Made by a program: the position numbers and the translations under genes | Part shown: piece after piece, positions 1 to 12,800 of the stretch | Layout: every line of letters begins with the position of its first letter | How positions within the stretch are numbered: position 1 is the stretch's first letter | The notes under the pieces: generated by a model | The model's database searches: none | Seen by the model: the letters and a program-made list of their open reading frames with translations, nothing else | Told to the model about the DNA's origin: nothing | Assembly: GCA_012295275.1 (NCBI GenBank) | Contig: CM022679.1 | Span: 26,846,001-26,910,000, forward strand | Direction: 5' to 3' | DNA from: Chrysomallon squamiferum | Taxonomy: Eukaryota; Animalia; Mollusca | Length of the DNA stretch: 64,000 bases

Positions 1-714
1 ATGACAGTGTGACTAAATATTTGTTGTGCTGCAAGAGAAAACCAGACTAAACACAAAATTTACAAATTTATTATTTATTTATTTTTCTGAATATAAAACT
101 TTAGAAAAATATCTCACAAAACATCCCCTCAAAATGTACATGAAAGTGTGAGGTGATCACCAACCACTTAATGCCACTGTTTTAGCCAAGGCTAATCATT
201 ACCCCTCTCAAATTTGAATGCTAATGTACTTTTCAGAAAATACAAATAAAATGCCTTAGGTACAAAATATATATATAAAAATTAAAAAAATTACAATTCT
301 ATAAATTAGGGCATTCTGACATTCTGTGGCCTGCTACTCAAAATAGCTGTTTCCATCTTTGGCCTGATTTTCATGTGCTGGGTCTCATTTCAGAGTTTTG
401 GTTTATCTAATAGTTAATTTCAAATATTAATTATGTCAAATCACAATATTTGATCAGCTTGTATATGCTGTTGATACTTGGGTGTTATGTCTGTACAACA
501 CTGTGTCAGCTCTTGCTATGATGATGATTTTGCTCGACTTTTATGTCTATATATTTTATCAGCTGATGCTGCAATATTGATGTTTTTTGAGTGTTATGTC
601 TACGTAACATTTTACCAGTTCATACAATGTTGTGTGGGTGTATGGCTGCACAAGTTTTTTGACATGCCACAGCAAAATATTTGAATTTCACAAATGATTT
701 TATATTTTTTTCAG

Positions 715-3700
715 GAGATGATTTCATCCAGAAAAAAGCATCCTTTTTTGCTGCCATTGTTAGCTTATTGTGAGGAGAATCAAGAGGAAAATGGGTAATA
801 ACAAAGAAAATACAGGAATGAAGCTGATTGTGACATCAGGCCATATAACGAGAATTATTGACTTGTTTACCAGTCATTCCTTTATCAACTAATCAAATAG
901 AAAGGACCTTTTATTTTAACTTTTTTGTTTTTTAATTTTATATAAAATCTAAATGTTAACTGTAATTAATGGAATATATATGGCAAATGTCCAGATCAAA
1001 CATCCATTGGCACTTAGTATGAAGAAATATATTGATAAAATGATAAATCTGACAGATTTTATGAATATAATCATCTGCCTTGTTATCATAAGAGACTGGA
1101 AATGAATACTGACTGCTGAATCTAGTTGTTACATTTACTGTGTTGACAAATAAATAAAAAAATTGTGTTGTCTCTTTCTTAACACCAGTTTGGTAATTTT
1201 TTTCAGTAGTTGTTAGTTTTCTTATTTTATTAATTAAAATTTTTATAAGCATCTACAGATAGGATTCCAGTCATGATCTTTATTCAAGCAAGGCCTTAAT
1301 AGATGGAACCCATCCACTCCCAAAAATGTCACTTAGGTGCAGAGAAGAAAATGTTTATCTTTAATTTTAAACTATTTATCTTTAATTTTTAAAATGTTTT
1401 ATTTTAGATATATGTAGAATAAAATGCTAAATAAAGCATTTTCAAATGTTTAAACAGCTAGTACACTTTCTAACAAGATACTATGGCATGATTATTCCTT
1501 TACATGTATTAATCATTTGATGGTAAAGAAACGGTTCTATTCTTTCAGGCAGTACATTTTAATGTATCCATATATGAAGAATGAAGATCTTGATATCCGT
1601 TTAAAACATGTGTGGGATAAAAAAGCTACGTTATTGTTGGATGATTGCATTCGCATTATGTACCAGGTGTCTGTTGGGTTAAAGTTCTTGCACACAAATC
1701 ATGGAAATAACGGGTATGGAATTAACATGATCAATACAAGGAAGAAAACAGTTAATTTATGCATCTTCAGTTTAGTTAAATATCTTGCTCTAAGTGAATG
1801 TGTTGATAGATAGATACATTTGCACATGTATAATTGCAAGGCCATACATATCTTTATATATATTGCAGGATAGATGATTTTAGAGTTTGTGTCTAAAACA
1901 GATGCTAGTTCTTAGTTTGATATGTATGTAATATTAAATAAGGTTAAGTCAGAACACATCTTGTATATCACAAATAATTAATCTGTCCATTGCTTTAGCT
2001 GTGGAATTTTAACATGAATATTTCCATGACATTTGTTTTCCCTCTCCCACAGAACACAGATCGTACACAGAGATGTGAAACCAGCAAATATTTTGCTTGA
2101 TGACAAGCTGAATGTTCGACTCAGTGATCCAGGAATAGCAAGAGAGCTTGGTGGTCAGACACATGTGACAATCATAAATTCAGTGGGCACTCCAGGATAT
2201 GTTGATCCTGATGTTACAAGTTCAGGAGAGTTTAGACCAATAAACGATGTGTTTGGTCTTGGAGTGGGTGAGTGACCAACACACACACACACACACACAC
2301 ATTCCATTACCACAGGCATGCCTTAACACAAATATATATGTATGTACATATACATATACACATAATACCTACATAAACACACACTGACACACACACACAA
2401 ACACACATACGCACATATATGCATTCACACACATTTGTGAAAGCCTGTATGCTGTAGTAATAACATTTTATTATGTGATGTTTAGATACAAACACACACC
2501 AATATTTTTTTACAGATACATACAGACAATTCTATTCAGATTACAATAATGTATTAAGTACCAATATCATCTTTAATCACAATGTTTTCCACTTTATATA
2601 TATATATATATATATAATTTTTTTTTTTTTTTAATTTTTTTTTTCTCCTATCTGACATGTTATTTTAAATTTTTCTTCCTGCTTAATTTAAGCATTCCTC
2701 AAGTTTAAGTCTCCATTTTGTTTTCTCGTCTAACTCAGATTTAATATATTCTTATAACTATTTCACAGGTTATATTTTCATTACTGCTAAGTTTCTGTTT
2801 TCATGTTATTGCAGCCATATACTATTTGAAATCACTTCTATCTATAAGAAATGCCCTGACAAACTGCTGACATCTCTTGTGAGGTCTGCATCAGTGTTTT
2901 GTTTCTGCCAACACTGAGCAACATGCAGCAGGTTGATTTTTCAGTCATAGGGTAATGTTCTATTTCAGCCCCTTTTGTTGTCTGCAACAGCTGAAGTTTT
3001 TGCATGTACTTGTTATTTTTGTATACTCTAACAAAAAAGAAACGCAAAAGTAAATTTTATTGACATTGGGAGTATCTATCTAATGGATCAACAGAAAGCA
3101 GCAGAATGTTCAAATTTTACACACACTTTAGCAATTCATTAATACTGATTGAAAAAGTTAAAGTTCAAGGTTACAACAGTATAATATCAATACCTTGTGT
3201 GCCCACCATGGGAGTCCAGAACTGCCTGACATCTCCTTCACATGGCAGTAATGATGTTACGAATTACACCTTGTGGAATGGTGGCCCACTCTGTAGTAAT
3301 AATGCCAACTGAGCACGATTCTGTGGCTGTGGTTGATGCTGCCTCAGCTCTCTATCCAACTCGTCCCATAAATGCCCTATAGGGTTCAAATCCGGAGATT
3401 TAGAGGGCCAGGGCAGGACCTGAATGTTATTGTTGTGTAGGTACGCTGTTGTGAGTCTGGTTGTATGTTGTCTCGCATTGTGGTGGTGGAATACAGCTTT
3501 ACCATTATTCATAATTGGAGCCGATTGCATTGTTTCATTGCATTTCACTCAGTCGTGGCATATGTTTGGTGTTGGGTCAGAACAAAAATAACGAACAGAA
3601 GTATTCGAAAACCTTGCATTTTTATAACCCTTGTATTCAAGTTTCATGTGCCGCATGTGCACATGCACTGGTAACGTGGTTTGCATGCGGGGATGTTTTG

Positions 3701-5159
3701 GCTAATAAACACGATCGTAGCCTTTATTTTGTGTTGCCTGCTTTTTGGCAACTGTAACAAAAGCTATACGTTTGAATCACCAAATGTCATTATATTCATA
3801 GTTTGTACATTGATACAGGTACCGGCAGCCTAGCCGATATAATTGGTCAAAGCTGTTAAATGTTCAGATTTTGTCCATTTTCCTCCACTCCCAAATCCCT
3901 TCTATAAATCCTACCATAAAAAACATATATGTGACTAAAGATCTTTATGTGCTCTTTTATATGGTGTTGTTGTTCTTGTTGTATGTTAAATCAGTTCTTT
4001 GTATGTGAGTGTTAAACACGGTGGGGGTAAACGCACTTCAGCGCCTGTGGTCAGCAATTAACAGCGTGGAGTAAAAAGTCCTAAAATAGGGTTGCTCTAC
4101 AAACGCTTGGCTTGTTTTCACCAAAATGGCTTCAATGTTATTTTTAGCACAGATAGGAGGGTCAAAGTTCAATCTTTCTAACCATGTGCATGTCATCGCT
4201 GGCAATGGCTTATATCAATAGTTGTCCAAAAATGTACTTTTTCATCACTTAACTTATTACTATCAATTATTTAATAGAGTGTAAATTGAAGCTGCTTATG
4301 TAAATAAAGTTGTGTTGTTCTATATAAATTGAAAATGTAAATTTATTTTATGGGCTTGGAGAATTTTAAAATTCAAGTATGTCATTTGAAAAATCTTGAT
4401 AAATTATTCACAACACAGGTTGAATTTGTCAAATAAGACAAAAACTGAAACCACAGTGTCTATTTGAATGTTTAGTCGTTCTGCCGTGTGTCATTTTGAA
4501 GATTTTGGCATGTTCAGCATGTTATTGTGAACACACATACAAACATACAGGTCTGAAAAAAATTGAGCTCATTTAGTAAGTTGGTCCCATCACTCTTGTT
4601 GATTTTCAGCCTTTTGTGTCAATTACTTTTCAAACTACAGTTGGCCAAAGTAGCCCTTTCTGCTAATTAGCCAAAATAGGGCTAAAAAACAACCAAATAC
4701 CTGTCGTACCGATTCGCATATATCTTTTTAACCGCTGGAGATACAGTCATAATTTTTTGTGTGTTTTGTTTCTTTTTGCTACGGCTTTCATTATGTGCTA
4801 ATTTTTTTCACATATGTGAAATTGAAGTCAGAAAAAATTTGCCTGCCAGTACCTAATTGATATGTGACAGTTTACAATAGTTACCTAAGAAATAAACTAT
4901 TTTGCGTTTCTTTTTTGGGAGAGTATATTTTTTCACAATCAGTATTGAGTTCTTTGACTGTTCAGATTGTTGAAGTACATATCATGTAATGGTAGAACTC
5001 TGTTTTCAGTTATTATGGCCATAATGAAATTGGTGAGAAAAGCTTTCACCCCTGGAAACTAATACTTCATTACAATTTAGCCTAGATTTAAAAAACATAC
5101 ACAGCAACACTAACAGTTTGGATTCTTGTTATTTTTTTTAAAACTTATATCTTGTGTAT

Positions 5160-5194
<35 letters not shown>

Positions 5195-6865
5195 TGTTAG
5201 TTTCGATGATTTGACTTAAATTATGCTTTTTGAATTAGTTTATCAATATAAATATGACCGAACTGCAATAAGTTTAATAACAACAATCTTCATTTCTACG
5301 AGCAACATTGGTTGGATATAAAATAGGACATGGAATATAAATAAAATGAATATAAAAGATAATGACTTGAAAGTTATTTTGTTTATTCTAAATTATAAAA
5401 ATCTACACAAGTTTAGTCCACTGTAATGACAGTCTCTGAATAAGTCAAATTGATTTTACATTCCTGAATTAGTACTCATTATTTTAGTTTGTGTGTTTTG
5501 TGGAACAAATATATCACTGTTTTTAAGGGTTTTTTTTAGTTTAGATTTTAAGAATGTATACTAGTATTTCAAGTCTCTGAACACACCAAACTGATTTATA
5601 TTCTTGTTTTTTATGTTGTTGTTGTTTTCTTTTGCTGTTGGTAGTGACAATATAAGAAGACATTATTTAACCATATTAAGGAAATGTGCTGTATTTCATC
5701 TGTTCATTTTCAAATTGTTTGTTCTTTTGTGAAGTCTGTTGACTGTTTTGTGGAATTGTTTATTCATTTGTCAAGTGTGTTCAATGTTTTATGCAATTAT
5801 TTGTTCTTTTCTGGCATGATCACTGCATTGTGGAATTTTTCACAATTTAATTTCTGTTCACATTTACAATTTAAGTTACTGAGCAGAAACTTATATATTA
5901 TGTTACTAATATCTGTGTAATATATTACTACATTTCAGTTATGTTGCAACTGCTTTTAAATAAGCCAGCACAGATTCAAGTGGAAGAAAAAGGCAAGACA
6001 AAGAAGAAGAATTTATTCCAAATGTATAGAAAAAGACCTGAAAAAGACATTCTGAAAGAAGTAAGAAAATTGTAGTACTTTTCTTTTATTACAAACAAGT
6101 TGATTTGTTTCCATTCAGAAATCTAATAAAAAAAAAAAACCTTTTTGTATGAGTCATGTCCTGTGAAGAATGTTTCAGTGTTATAATTAAGGTTTGGTTT
6201 GTTTCACATTCACATTCGCTTGACCTTTGCAGTAGCCTGGGGAGTTTTTGGCTACTGGTATATCTTTCAGGAGGCTGAGAGAAAGGAAAGGTTTTTGTCT
6301 TTTTTGTGATACAGGTGCTGAAATTGTGTTTTCTTGTGTAAAGCTGTTGTGTGAATTCTTCCCAAATTCTCAGCCAAATTTTTGAAGAGTCTGAAGAGGC
6401 ACTGATCAGCATATGTTATTATTTCACCATTGGTAATAGTTAAAATCAAGGACTTAGACCTTTCAGAGTGCCAAAGTCTCGCCATCCAATGTAACAAAGC
6501 TAATTTATCAAGGTTATGATGATTTCTCTCTGGTCACTGGATAGTTGAATGAAAAAGAATCACTTGTTATGAACGCTGATGTGATCATAGTTGAAAACAA
6601 AAGCAAACGATGGAAAGCTGAAAACCTAGTTCTGTAGCAGTTGTTAAAGTTACACTAAATATCAGTAATAAGATGTACTCAGATGCCATTCATCCATATT
6701 TCATATGTTTGTATATTTCACTTTTTTGATGTTTTTTTTCAGGCTAAAGAACAACACAAAGATTGGCCAGAAAAATTATTGAAGAAATTTGTCAACTTAG
6801 CTTGGCAGGCAATAGCTGCTGCTGATGATCGAATTACTGCTGATAGTCTCTCTGGACAGCTGCGT
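715..6865 (+). CDS. Kinase domain copy 1 (alphaC to subdomain XI), IRAK/Pelle-like TKL kinase, part of gene A
   Basis: Spliced translation EMISSRKKHPFLLPLLAYCEE..YILMYPYMKNEDL..GLKFLH..IVHRDVKPANILLD..LSDPGIAR..GTPGYVDPD..NDVFGLGVVMLQLL..DDRIT. The G-loop and beta3-Lys exons lie upstream of the window. Confidence 0.9.
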
Positions 6866-9800
6866 GTGAGTTGGTCTGCAGATATAAGTATCAGATTGAA
6901 TTCCTTTAAGCATTGTTGATTTGAGAAAACTGAAATTAGACTGATTTCATTTCCAATTAGTTGGAAATGTGTTAATAATTTATTCTCCAAAAATTGAGTA
7001 TGGCAATTATTTTAAAACAATTAAAAAGTTTAAAAATCCAGTAATCTCATTCTCATACCCTTTCACTAACAGCAAGAAGCAATCATCTACAAAACTCACT
7101 TAAAAAGCTGGTAATTTCCAGATAACAGATTGATCCTGAAATATTAAAAGTATGCAGACCCTTTAGCTTATTTTTTCTTGGTTACATCAGTTATAGCATT
7201 AAACAAAATATCACTTTAATTAACTAGTCAGACTCTAGGAAACAAAAACAAGAGAACATCAACATTGTTAAAATAAACCAAAAACCATTTCAAAATATCT
7301 TTTCTATCCTCTGTTCACTGATTTTAATTTTTTTGTTTTTCAATTTTTATCTAATTTAATTTTACCTAATTTAATTTTCCTTCATTTATTTATTAATTAT
7401 TATTATTATTATTATTATTATTATTGTTATCATCATCATCATCATCATCCTCATCAATGAAGGGACATGTTATTACTTGTAAAATATTCATGTTTCTTTT
7501 AATGTGATGTTTTATATAGAGGTTTGTGCATAATGCTAATATTTCAAAATTTGTTTTCAGTCCGATTCTTTTACTACATTTCTTATTGGGAGAGAAGAAG
7601 GAATCTATATTGAATCTTATTGCTTGTGAAATATTTGTTTTAATTTAGCAATTTGATTTATATTTAAACAGGAACTTCTCATTAGTAACAAGGGTGAATT
7701 GTGGCAAGGTCCTTCACAGTTGACAATGTGTGTGTCTTGTTTTGGCCAGCCAATAGGTTAGTTTTATCTGTGGTTTTAGGATAGTTGAGATATTTACAAT
7801 AACTTGATGTCGTGTTTATATCTTTGTTTTAATATGCATCACATATTTTTAACTGGAGTTGTGTATGTTTGTTTTCTTAATATTGTTACATACAAGACAG
7901 CATTCTAGCTGAAGCATAAATACATAAATAAAACACTTTACAATGTGTTTTAGAAAAACATTTGATACACTATAATTAAGTCAGTTCAATTTAGCTTTAT
8001 GAACAGACTATGAAATAATTATTTTAGCAAAATTAAGACATCTGAAAACAACAGATTTTAAAAAATAATTTTATAAATAAGATTAGCTTTTTGAAATTTG
8101 CCACTTGTTCAGTATATATATATATATAAACTGAACAATTGGCAAATTTTAAAATGCTAGTCTTTTTAAAATAATAATAAAAACTATTATTTATATATAT
8201 ATATATATATATTTTTTTAATGTTTCTCTCTAAATTTCAGTGAAGCTGAAGCCACATTCTCCAAACTGCAATGAAAACTGCGCTCGCTTTTGCCATAACT
8301 GTCTTTCCAGAAGCCAAGAAAACCCACTGTTCTGTCCACAGCATGGGGAATGTCAACCACCAATTGGTAAGTACCTTAGTATTTTTTCTGTGTTGTCAGT
8401 AGCATTTGTAATCAGTGTTAACTTTAGAAATTACATTGTCAGTACATTCACTTCAAATATTGTTATCTTAGCTTATATATATATATATATTTCAAAGTCC
8501 TGTCCAGCTATTGTTACTCTATTCGGATTCCTGATGTAAATTCCTAATCAAAAGAACATTTTATATAGTAATTAGCATTGTCAACAGCAGCACACAATTT
8601 TGCCAGTACTATCACTTCTTAAAGAATGACAGAAATTTTGCACACTTAATAAATAATGTTGGTGTACTTTTTGTAGTTACTATACTCTATAGGCATCTAA
8701 ATGAACAAGATTATTATTATTTTGTCAAGAAGCAAAAGTCTGCATAAATACATATGGTGCACATTTTGCATTGTCTTATTGATTGTTATGGCAGAGCGAC
8801 CTAAAAAACTGAACTTTCTAAAGCAAAATTAATAGAAGAGTTTTCATCAAACCCACTGTGTAAACAGAAAGATTTAGCTGTGGAGGGTTCCCGTTGGGCT
8901 TGAAAAATAGGGAGAAGTGAGGTTTTGTAAAGGTGAAATGAGACAATACAACAAAACCAAGCCCTTGTCACAAAACCGAAATTAAGCATCTAATGTTCGT
9001 TGTAAATAAAATTATCAAATGTTAACTGAATTTAACTATTACATGATTGTCATACAGTATTCACAGTAAATATTTCTAGTGAAAATAGTATCAACCTAGA
9101 AGACAGTGGCAGTTTTACATTCATTTTTCATTTGTGAATAAAACCTGGAAAATTAGTTTCAAAGTACTTTTTTTTTTGTTGAACGTCATAATAATTTGAG
9201 ATCTGTGAGAGGTATTCTAAAAAAAAAAAACACAACTAAAAAATTTAAACATTATTATTAGTAAAACATGATTGATAAAAACAGTGGTTACCAATATAAA
9301 TAATGTACAAAAATAGATATATTGATTTCTGATACATAGTTATTAACAATATCAAGAGTATTTAATATTAAAAATAATACTTAAAATTAAAATCCAGATT
9401 ATTATAATTATTGTAGAAATTCAAAATGTGTACGTTTTGCATTCTGTGTGGCACATCTTTGCTTCCTGATAATTCAGTCTTGCATGACAAGTCAAGTTCT
9501 GAGGATAGTGAATAGCCAGGAGCTAGTTATTAATAATATCAGCAGTATTTAATATAAATTATGCAGTGAAGATGTAATCCGGATAATTGTAATTGTTGTA
9601 GGTCAAAATGTAATGGCATTCCCAGATGTGCCTGACTCATCATTGTTTCCTGATAATTCACTGGTACCGTCAGTGGCTAATGATTCATGTTCACAGAGTA
9701 GCAAAGAGCCAGTAGCTGGAGATAAAGATGGCCAACATGATAACATCACAGCCAAAAAGATGAGCATAACAGAAATCAATCAGTATTTTAAGGAGAGTAA

Positions 9801-12800
9801 TATATTGTGTTCTGGTGGAGGAAAAACTGTTTATAAAGGTTCAGATTTTTACTGCATGTTTAAATTTCATCTACATATAGAAAATGTATCCAGTTTCTTA
9901 AGAAGTTACAACACATGTTTGATGAAGTCTGCCAATTTTATTGATCTTTTCTATTTAATCTACCATCATAAAATTTAAATGTTGCCTACATTTATAATTT
10001 TCTTTTCTGTTCTTCTACTGTGTTATTAACCAAAAAATTATTCCAAGAAATATATATCACAGTAACTTGAATTTAATCCTTTTATGGATAGAATCTGAAT
10101 TCATATTAACTGAAATTTTTCATAATTTGTACATAAATGGTGATAATTCATATTTTTGCTATTTATTATAGGACATAAGAAATATAATCACTGTGATGTG
10201 GTTTTAAGTGTTTTGCATAATAAAGAATCTTGTACAATGGTAAGACCTACAACATATTTTCTTTTTTTATTTATTATTATCAATTGTTTTTTGTTTTTTT
10301 TGTTGTTTTTTTTAATTGATTTTTTTAAATTATTAATATTTGTTTGAGTTGTTATCAGAAAGCAAAACAGTTATTTCCACTATAAGGAATCTTTTTTCTT
10401 TTAATTTGTTTGTTGCATACACACATGCTAAGCACATACCAAAGTTTATTCTGAAACTAAAATGTATATAGATATATATACTGATTGTGACATCTGTCCA
10501 CATAAATTTATTATTTATTTATTTAGCTGATTTTAAAACTTTAGAAAATTGCATCACAAAATAATTCTAGGGAAATTCCTTCATAATGTACGTGAATGTG
10601 TGAGGTGAAAATCAACCACTTAATGTCATTGTTTTAGCCAGATCTAATCATTACCTCTCTCAAATTTGATAACTAATGTTTTGGACAGTTTGAGTAAAAT
10701 CCTTTTGAGAAAATATAAATAAAGTGATTTATACTTTAAAAACGAAAAAGGAGTATTGGTTTCCTGAAGTAATTTTTATCTAATAGTGAATTTGATGAAA
10801 GTTTCAAGTTCACCATTTCAGATATTAATTATGTCAATTACAATATTTTATTATCTCATACAATGTTGTTGATGGTTGAATTCTATAAATTAGCACATTC
10901 TGACATTCTGTTACTCAAAGTAGCTGTTTGTGACTTTGGCCAGATGTTCCCACACAGGATCACATTTCATTTCATTTCAATTTCTCTGGAGTAAATATTT
11001 ATCGTTCACCATTTCAAATATTAATTTATGTCAAATTACAATATTTTATCAGCTTGTACTATGTTGTTGATGTTTGAGTTTTATGTCTGTACAACATTGT
11101 GTCAGCTCTTGCTATGATGATGATGTTATTTGACTTTTATGTCTATACATTTTACCAGCTCATACTGTGACATTGATGTAGTTTGAGTGTCATGTCTACT
11201 TAATGTTTATATTCTTGCACAAAGTTTTTGACATGCCACATTTGAACCATTATTTTCTTCAGCAAAATATTTGAATATCAAAACTGTTTTGATGTTTTTT
11301 TCAGATGAAGATGGCATCCAGAAAAAAGCATCCTTTTTTGCTGCCGTTGTTAGCATATTGTGAGGAGAATCGAGAGGAAAACAGGTAATAACAAAGAAAA
11401 AAACGGGAATGAAACTGACTGTGACATCTGGCCACGTAACGGAGAATTATTTACCTATTTATCAGTTGTTCTTTATCATACTACTACCTCTAGCTCAATT
11501 AAAACAGAAGCACAATGACCAAATAAAGGTTTTTCATTTTTAAGTTTTTCTTTAATTTTTTTGTTAAAATCCAAGTGTTGGATAATTAATGGAATGTGTA
11601 TTCCAAATGTCCAGAACAAATACCAATTTTTACATAGTATGAAGAAATACACTCATAAAAAGATAAATCTGAAAGATTTTATCAATGCAGTTGCCCGACT
11701 TCTTTTCGCTTTGAACTGAAAATAAATACTAACTGCTGAATTTAGCTATTAATTTTAATTCTTGTATATATGCGTATCTCTTTGATTGTTAACACAAATT
11801 TGTTAATTTTTTTGTCTGTCGTTGTTAGTTTTCTTATTTTTTTAATTAATATTTTTATAAGCATGTACAAATAGGATTCCAATCATGATTTTATTCAAGC
11901 CAGACTTTAATAGATGTCTGCAGAAAGGAAAATATTTATCTTTAATTTTCTTAAAAGTTTAATTTACAATAAAATGCTAAATAATGCATTTTTATTTGTT
12001 TACACAGCTAGTACACTTTCTAATAAAACTGTTTGGATGGATATTCCTGTACATGGATTAATGGTAAAGAAACAATTTCATACTTTCAGGCAGTGCATTT
12101 TAATGTATCCATATATGAAGAATGAAGATCTTCAAACTTATGTGCAGGAAAAAAAGGTGTTATCATTCGAGAATTGTATTCGCATTGTGTACCACGTGTC
12201 TGCAGGGTTAAAGTTCATGCACAAAGATGATGGAAATAACGGGTATGGAATTAACATGATTAATATAAGGGAGGAATCAATTACAATTAATTAATACATC
12301 TTCATTTTAATTAAATTATCTTGCTCTTGTCTTTGCTTGTGTGTGTGTGTGTGTGTTGTGTGTATGTGGTCAGATAGATAGAAGTGTATATTTATAATAC
12401 AACAGCATGCATAATCTATGTTTAAACAACATCTGTAGATGAATATTGCAGGAGTGGACTATTACAGAGTTTATTCCTCATTTGATAAACATATACTGAT
12501 GTAAGTAATATGAAAAATGGTTGTCAGAACACATCTTGTGTATTACAGCTAATTAATCTGTCCACTGCTTTTTCTCTCCCACAGAACACAGATCCTACAC
12601 AGAGATGTTAAGGCTTCAAATATTTTGCTTGATGACATGCTGAATGCTCGACTCAGTGATCCAGGAATAGCAAGAGAGCTTGACGATGTGACAATCGTAA
12701 TGCCACCAGGCACTCCAGGATATGCTGATCCTGATGTTACAAGTTCAGGAGAGTTTAGACCAATAAATGATGTGTTTGGTCTTGGAGTGGGTGAGTGACC

